From Candidatus Cloacimonadales bacterium (GTDB lineage Bacteria > Cloacimonadota > Cloacimonadia > Cloacimonadales > JAFGVF01): a DNA stretch of 64,000 nt. Numbering within the stretch: position 1 is the stretch's first letter; each line of letters starts with the position of its first letter. Below the pieces are notes generated by a model. It made no database searches. It saw nothing but the letters and a program-made list of their open reading frames with translations, and was not told the DNA's origin. The stretch is from contig OY759729.1 in assembly GCA_963662585.1 (NCBI GenBank), forward strand, positions 2,016,001-2,080,000, in the 5' to 3' direction. Shown piece by piece: positions 60,451 through 64,000 of the stretch. A program made the translations under genes and the position numbers.

Positions 60451-61734
60451 ATGATTAAAAAAGAAGAGATAATTTCAATTTTAAGAACAGATATTACCCC
60501 TGCTCAAGGGTGTACTGAACCAGTTGCAATAGCCTTAGCTACTGCTTATGTAACAAGCGTGCTGACCGAAAAAATCACTAAGATTGAGGTGTACCTAAGT
60601 CAGAATATCCTAAAAAATGCTCTTGGAGTTGGAATTCCTGGCACTAAGGAAAGAGGAATTAAAATGGCAATTGCTCTTGGTGCTGTGGCAGGTTTACCTG
60701 AACTTCAACTTGAAGTGCTTCAACATGTTGATGAAGAAAATATCAAAGATGCGAAAGCTATGATAAACCAGGATATGATTGAAGTTAAATTGAGTGATAA
60801 TAATGAATTATTCTGGATTGAAGTTATAGCTTTTTCTGAAAATCATAAAGCAACTGCTATTATGCAAGGTAAACATACTAATCTCTATAAACTAACTGTA
60901 GATGATATGATTTTGCAGGAAAATGAGAGAATAGAAGCAATCACAAAAAGTGACGATATTAGAAAAAGAATGCAGGTTGCAGATATCTATCAAGCTGTTT
61001 TAGAAGCTAATGAAAGTGATTTAGAATTCCTAGAAGAAGTAATAACCAAGAATTTTGAAATTGCTAAATTTGGTATGGATAACAACTCTGGCTATGGAAT
61101 TGCCAAATCAATCCAAGAGAATATTAAAAAAGGTCTCTTCGGTGATGGAATAGTTAACTATGCAACCATGTTAACTGTCGCTGGAAGTGAGGCAAGGATG
61201 AGTGGTTGCTCGTTACCTGCAATGGCTAATTCAGGGAGTGGAAACCAGGGGATTACTTTAACCGTTCCTATGATTGCTCTTTCTGAAAGATTAAATATCG
61301 GAAGATTACAACTACTTCAAGCTGTGGCTATCTCACATCTTACTTCTATTCATGTAAAAAGTTATTTTGGTATTCTCTCAGCTCTTTGCGGAATTGTTAA
61401 TGCTTCGATAGGAATTAGCGCAGGTGCAGTCTTTATTCTTGGTGGAAAACTAAACAACATTGAAGCTGCTATTCAAAATGTAATTGGCGATATTGCTGGT
61501 ATGATCTGTGATGGTGCAAAATTAGGATGCTCACTTAAAGTTGCTACAGGCGTTAGAACAGCCCTTAATAGCGCTATTCTCGGAATGTCCAATATCTGTG
61601 TAAATGATTATGAAGGTATTAATGGCTCTGGAGTTGAAGACTCTTTTAAAAACTTGGGTTCCTTGGTCTTAGGTGGAATGAAAGAAGTAGATAAATCAAT
61701 ACTAAAAGTGATGTTAGATAAAGAAAATAAATAA
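60451..61734 (+). CDS. YhaM/CyuA-like L-cysteine desulfidase (serine dehydratase alpha-like, Fe-S)
   Basis: PAQGCTEPVAIA, KNALGVGIPG, ARMSGC..NSGSGNQG, SALCG, GMICDGAK.GCSLK. Confidence 0.87.
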   Translation: MIKKEEIISILRTDITPAQGCTEPVAIALATAYVTSVLTEKITKIEVYLSQNILKNALGVGIPGTKERGIKMAIALGAVAGLPELQLEVLQHVDEENIKDAKAMINQDMIEVKLSDNNELFWIEVIAFSENHKATAIMQGKHTNLYKLTVDDMILQENERIEAITKSDDIRKRMQVADIYQAVLEANESDLEFLEEVITKNFEIAKFGMDNNSGYGIAKSIQENIKKGLFGDGIVNYATMLTVAGSEARMSGCSLPAMANSGSGNQGITLTVPMIALSERLNIGRLQLLQAVAISHLTSIHVKSYFGILSALCGIVNASIGISAGAVFILGGKLNNIEAAIQNVIGDIAGMICDGAKLGCSLKVATGVRTALNSAILGMSNICVNDYEGINGSGVEDSFKNLGSLVLGGMKEVDKSILKVMLDKENK

Positions 61735-61768
61735 TTAAATAATTAAATAAAATAAGTGGAGAAGTAAA

Positions 61769-63787
61769 ATGATTGACTTTGATTACAAAAAAGCTATTAA
61801 AGTAAAATTATCAGATGAATTACCCCCAAAAGCTGAATTTGATCCGGGCAAAAGAAGAGCACCGGATAGAGGACTTAATCTTTCAAAAGTAGAGATTAAA
61901 ATTGCTTTAAAGAATGCCTTGCGTTATATTCCTGAGCATCTACATGAAGAGATTGCTCCTGAATTCTTAGAAGAACTTAGAACTATGGGAAGAATTTATG
62001 GTTATAGATATCGTCCTCAAGGTAAATTGATTGGTAAGCCAATTGATGAATATAAAGGTATTACTCCTGCTCGTGCTATGCAGGTAATGATTGATAATAA
62101 CTTAGATTTTGATATTGCTCTTTATCCTTATGAGTTAGTAACTTATGGAGAGACTGGTCAAATTTTCCAAAACTGGATGCAATATCAATTAATCATAAAA
62201 TATTTAGAAGTTATGACTGAAGATCAAACTTTAGTTGTTGCTTCAGGTCATCCAGTAGGACTTTTCCCTTCTAAACCAGAAGCTCCAAGAGTAATTAACA
62301 CTAATGGCCTAGTAATAGGAAAGTGGGATAATCCTGATGAATTCAAAAGATTAACCGCTCTTGGTGTTGCTAACTATGGTCAGATGACTGCTGGTGGTTG
62401 GATGTATATTGGACCTCAAGGTATTGTGCATGGTACTTATATTACTCTGCTCAATGCTGGAAGAAAATACCTAGGCGTTCCTGAAGATAAAGACTTAAGA
62501 GGGAAAATATTCTTAACTTCAGGTTTGGGTGGAATGTCAGGTGCTCAACCTAAAGCTTGTGAAATTGCAGGTGGAATTTGTGTTGTGGCCGAAGTTGACC
62601 AAAGTAGAATCGAAACCCGCTATGAACAAGGCTGGGTATCTAAAGTTTCAGATAATCTTAATGAGATTAAATCATGGATAGAAGAGTATAGAAAATTAGA
62701 AAAACCAATATCTATTGCTTATCACGGAAATGTTGTGGATTTATTAGAATTCGTAGATTCTCAAAATATTAAAGTGGAATTAGTTTCAGACCAAACTTCT
62801 TGTCATGCTGTTTATGATGGTGGTTATACTCCTGCAGGTATTGATTTTGCAGAGGGAAGAAAACTTATAAAAGAAGACCTTCCTAAATTTAAGCAATTAG
62901 TAGATGAATCACTAATCAGACATTTTGAAGTTTTGAAAAGATTAACTGCTAAAGGTTCTTACTTCTGGGATTATGGTAATAGCTTTATGGCTTCTATCTT
63001 TGATGCTGGTGCTAAAGAAATTGCTAAAAATAACGAAAATACTAATGAAGGATTTATCTGGCCTTCTTATGTTGAAGATATTATGGGTCCAATCTGCTTT
63101 GATAATGGCTACGGACCTTTTAGATGGGTTTGTCTCTCCCGTAAAGATGAAGATTTACGCAAGACAGATCAAATCGCCATGGAATGTATTGACCCTAAAA
63201 GATGTTCCTTAGATAGAGATAACTATCACTGGATTGCTACTGCAGAAGAAAACGCCCTTGTAGTAGGTACTAAAGCAAGAATTCTCTATGCTGATGAAGA
63301 GGGAAGAGTTAAAATCGCTCTTAGATTTAATGAAGCAATCAGGAAAGGACTTATCGGACCTGTTATGTTAGGAAGAGACCATCATGATGTTTCTGGTACT
63401 GACTCTCCATTCAGAGAGACTTCTAATATCTACGATGGAAGTAATGTTATGGCTGATATGGCTACTCACTGTTTTGGTGGTAATATCGCTCGCGGAATGT
63501 CTTTAGTTGTTTTATCTAATGGTGGTGGTGTTGGCGTCGGTCGTTCAATTAACGGCGGAAACGGCATTGTCCTTGATGGTTCAAAAAGAATGGATGAAAT
63601 TATCAAGAGTGCACTTTCTTGGGATGTTATGGGCGGTGTTGCTCGTAGAAACTGGGCTAGAAATGAAAATGCTATCAAAACTTCTAGTCAATGGAATGAG
63701 AAACATGCAGGGGAAGGACATATCACAATTCCATTCTTAGCTGATGATAAATTAATTGACAAATTAGTCGATGAGAAAATAAAATAA
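61769..63787 (+). CDS. hutU: Urocanate hydratase (long form)
   Basis: ELVTYG, YGQMTAG.W.YIGPQGIVHGT, GLGGMSGAQP, DQTSCH, GRDHHD, GGGVG. Confidence 0.96.
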   Translation: MIDFDYKKAIKVKLSDELPPKAEFDPGKRRAPDRGLNLSKVEIKIALKNALRYIPEHLHEEIAPEFLEELRTMGRIYGYRYRPQGKLIGKPIDEYKGITPARAMQVMIDNNLDFDIALYPYELVTYGETGQIFQNWMQYQLIIKYLEVMTEDQTLVVASGHPVGLFPSKPEAPRVINTNGLVIGKWDNPDEFKRLTALGVANYGQMTAGGWMYIGPQGIVHGTYITLLNAGRKYLGVPEDKDLRGKIFLTSGLGGMSGAQPKACEIAGGICVVAEVDQSRIETRYEQGWVSKVSDNLNEIKSWIEEYRKLEKPISIAYHGNVVDLLEFVDSQNIKVELVSDQTSCHAVYDGGYTPAGIDFAEGRKLIKEDLPKFKQLVDESLIRHFEVLKRLTAKGSYFWDYGNSFMASIFDAGAKEIAKNNENTNEGFIWPSYVEDIMGPICFDNGYGPFRWVCLSRKDEDLRKTDQIAMECIDPKRCSLDRDNYHWIATAEENALVVGTKARILYADEEGRVKIALRFNEAIRKGLIGPVMLGRDHHDVSGTDSPFRETSNIYDGSNVMADMATHCFGGNIARGMSLVVLSNGGGVGVGRSINGGNGIVLDGSKRMDEIIKSALSWDVMGGVARRNWARNENAIKTSSQWNEKHAGEGHITIPFLADDKLIDKLVDEKIK

Positions 63788-63800
63788 CTTAAATATTAAT

Positions 63801-63824
63801 AGAGAGTGTAGAAATACACTCTCT
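63801..63824 (+). terminator. Hairpin after hutU
   Basis: AGAGAGTGTA-GAAA-TACACTCTCT. Confidence 0.65.
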
Positions 63825-63927
63825 ACTTAATCCCGATGGGATAAAAATATAATAATAGAATTAATAAAAAATCAGTCAATTTGCTTAGACTGATAAGATT
63901 TAAAAAATTGGATTTTAACTAGGAGTC

Positions 63928-64000
63928 ATGATGGATAAAAATATTGAAGCATTTGAAAAAATAATGAGAGAAGCTAACTTAAACGAAGATGTAATTAATA
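63928..64000 (+). CDS. 5' end of a CDS running off the window (product not determinable)
   Basis: AGGAG RBS, then MMDKNIEAFEKIMREANLNEDVIN open to the window end. Confidence 0.6.
   Translation, partial: MMDKNIEAFEKIMREANLNEDVIN

Noticed and set aside
3723..63740. Antisense or alternate-frame ORFs inside long genes (e.g. 3723-4007, 8857-9090, 10363-10635, 21088-21483, 26097-26998, 43071-44843, 46705-49285, 58423-59451, 62973-63740)
   Set aside because: They overlap confidently identified genes and show no recognisable motifs or RBS
63928..64000. Possible UDP-glucose pyrophosphorylase N-terminus
   Set aside because: Only 24 codons are visible and the resemblance is too weak to assign
1..64000. 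tRNA, rRNA, riboswitch or prophage/integrase
   Set aside because: No cloverleaf, rRNA-like or recognisable riboswitch consensus and no phage or integrase genes seen by eye; an Infernal/tRNAscan run would be needed to exclude them fully

Overview
AT-rich bacterial chromosomal segment. It is probably from an anaerobic amino-acid fermenter of the Cloacimonadota/FCB type; this is inferred from a C25 gingipain-like protein with an NYPNPFNP...FlgD-Ig C-terminal domain, a long HutU, a Lys-type SerA and a four-subunit 2-oxoacid:ferredoxin oxidoreductase. Most of the window is housekeeping: etfB, lgt, purB, pepD, tldD/E, porCDAB, bioY-ECF, purSQ, comF, hisS, serA, ruvB, rpoD-dnaG-mutS2-cvpA-rpsU, dapA, an M16C peptidase and hutU. 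Accessory or unusual parts: (1) an AbiE type IV toxin-antitoxin pair with an operator palindrome, next to a 531-bp non-coding MITE-like element (25-bp TIRs, 8-bp TSD) full of nested REP-like palindromes; (2) a tandem array of four paralogous beta-rich lipoproteins of unknown function; (3) two inverted ~1-kb non-coding arrays 23 kb apart, each made of three ~285-bp hairpin-mosaic units plus a shared tail, with a complete IS21 (5-bp TSD) inserted in one hairpin loop and a 5-bp duplication in the same loop of another unit; (4) a GlmL-like ASKHA ATPase with uncharacterised partner genes and no B12 mutase nearby; (5) a hybrid sensor kinase whose phospho-acceptor His is replaced by Arg; (6) an AAA-DUF4143-type ATPase/nuclease preceded by phased palindromes. 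I found no rRNA, tRNA or CRISPR array. All calls come from motif recognition by eye, without database searches.
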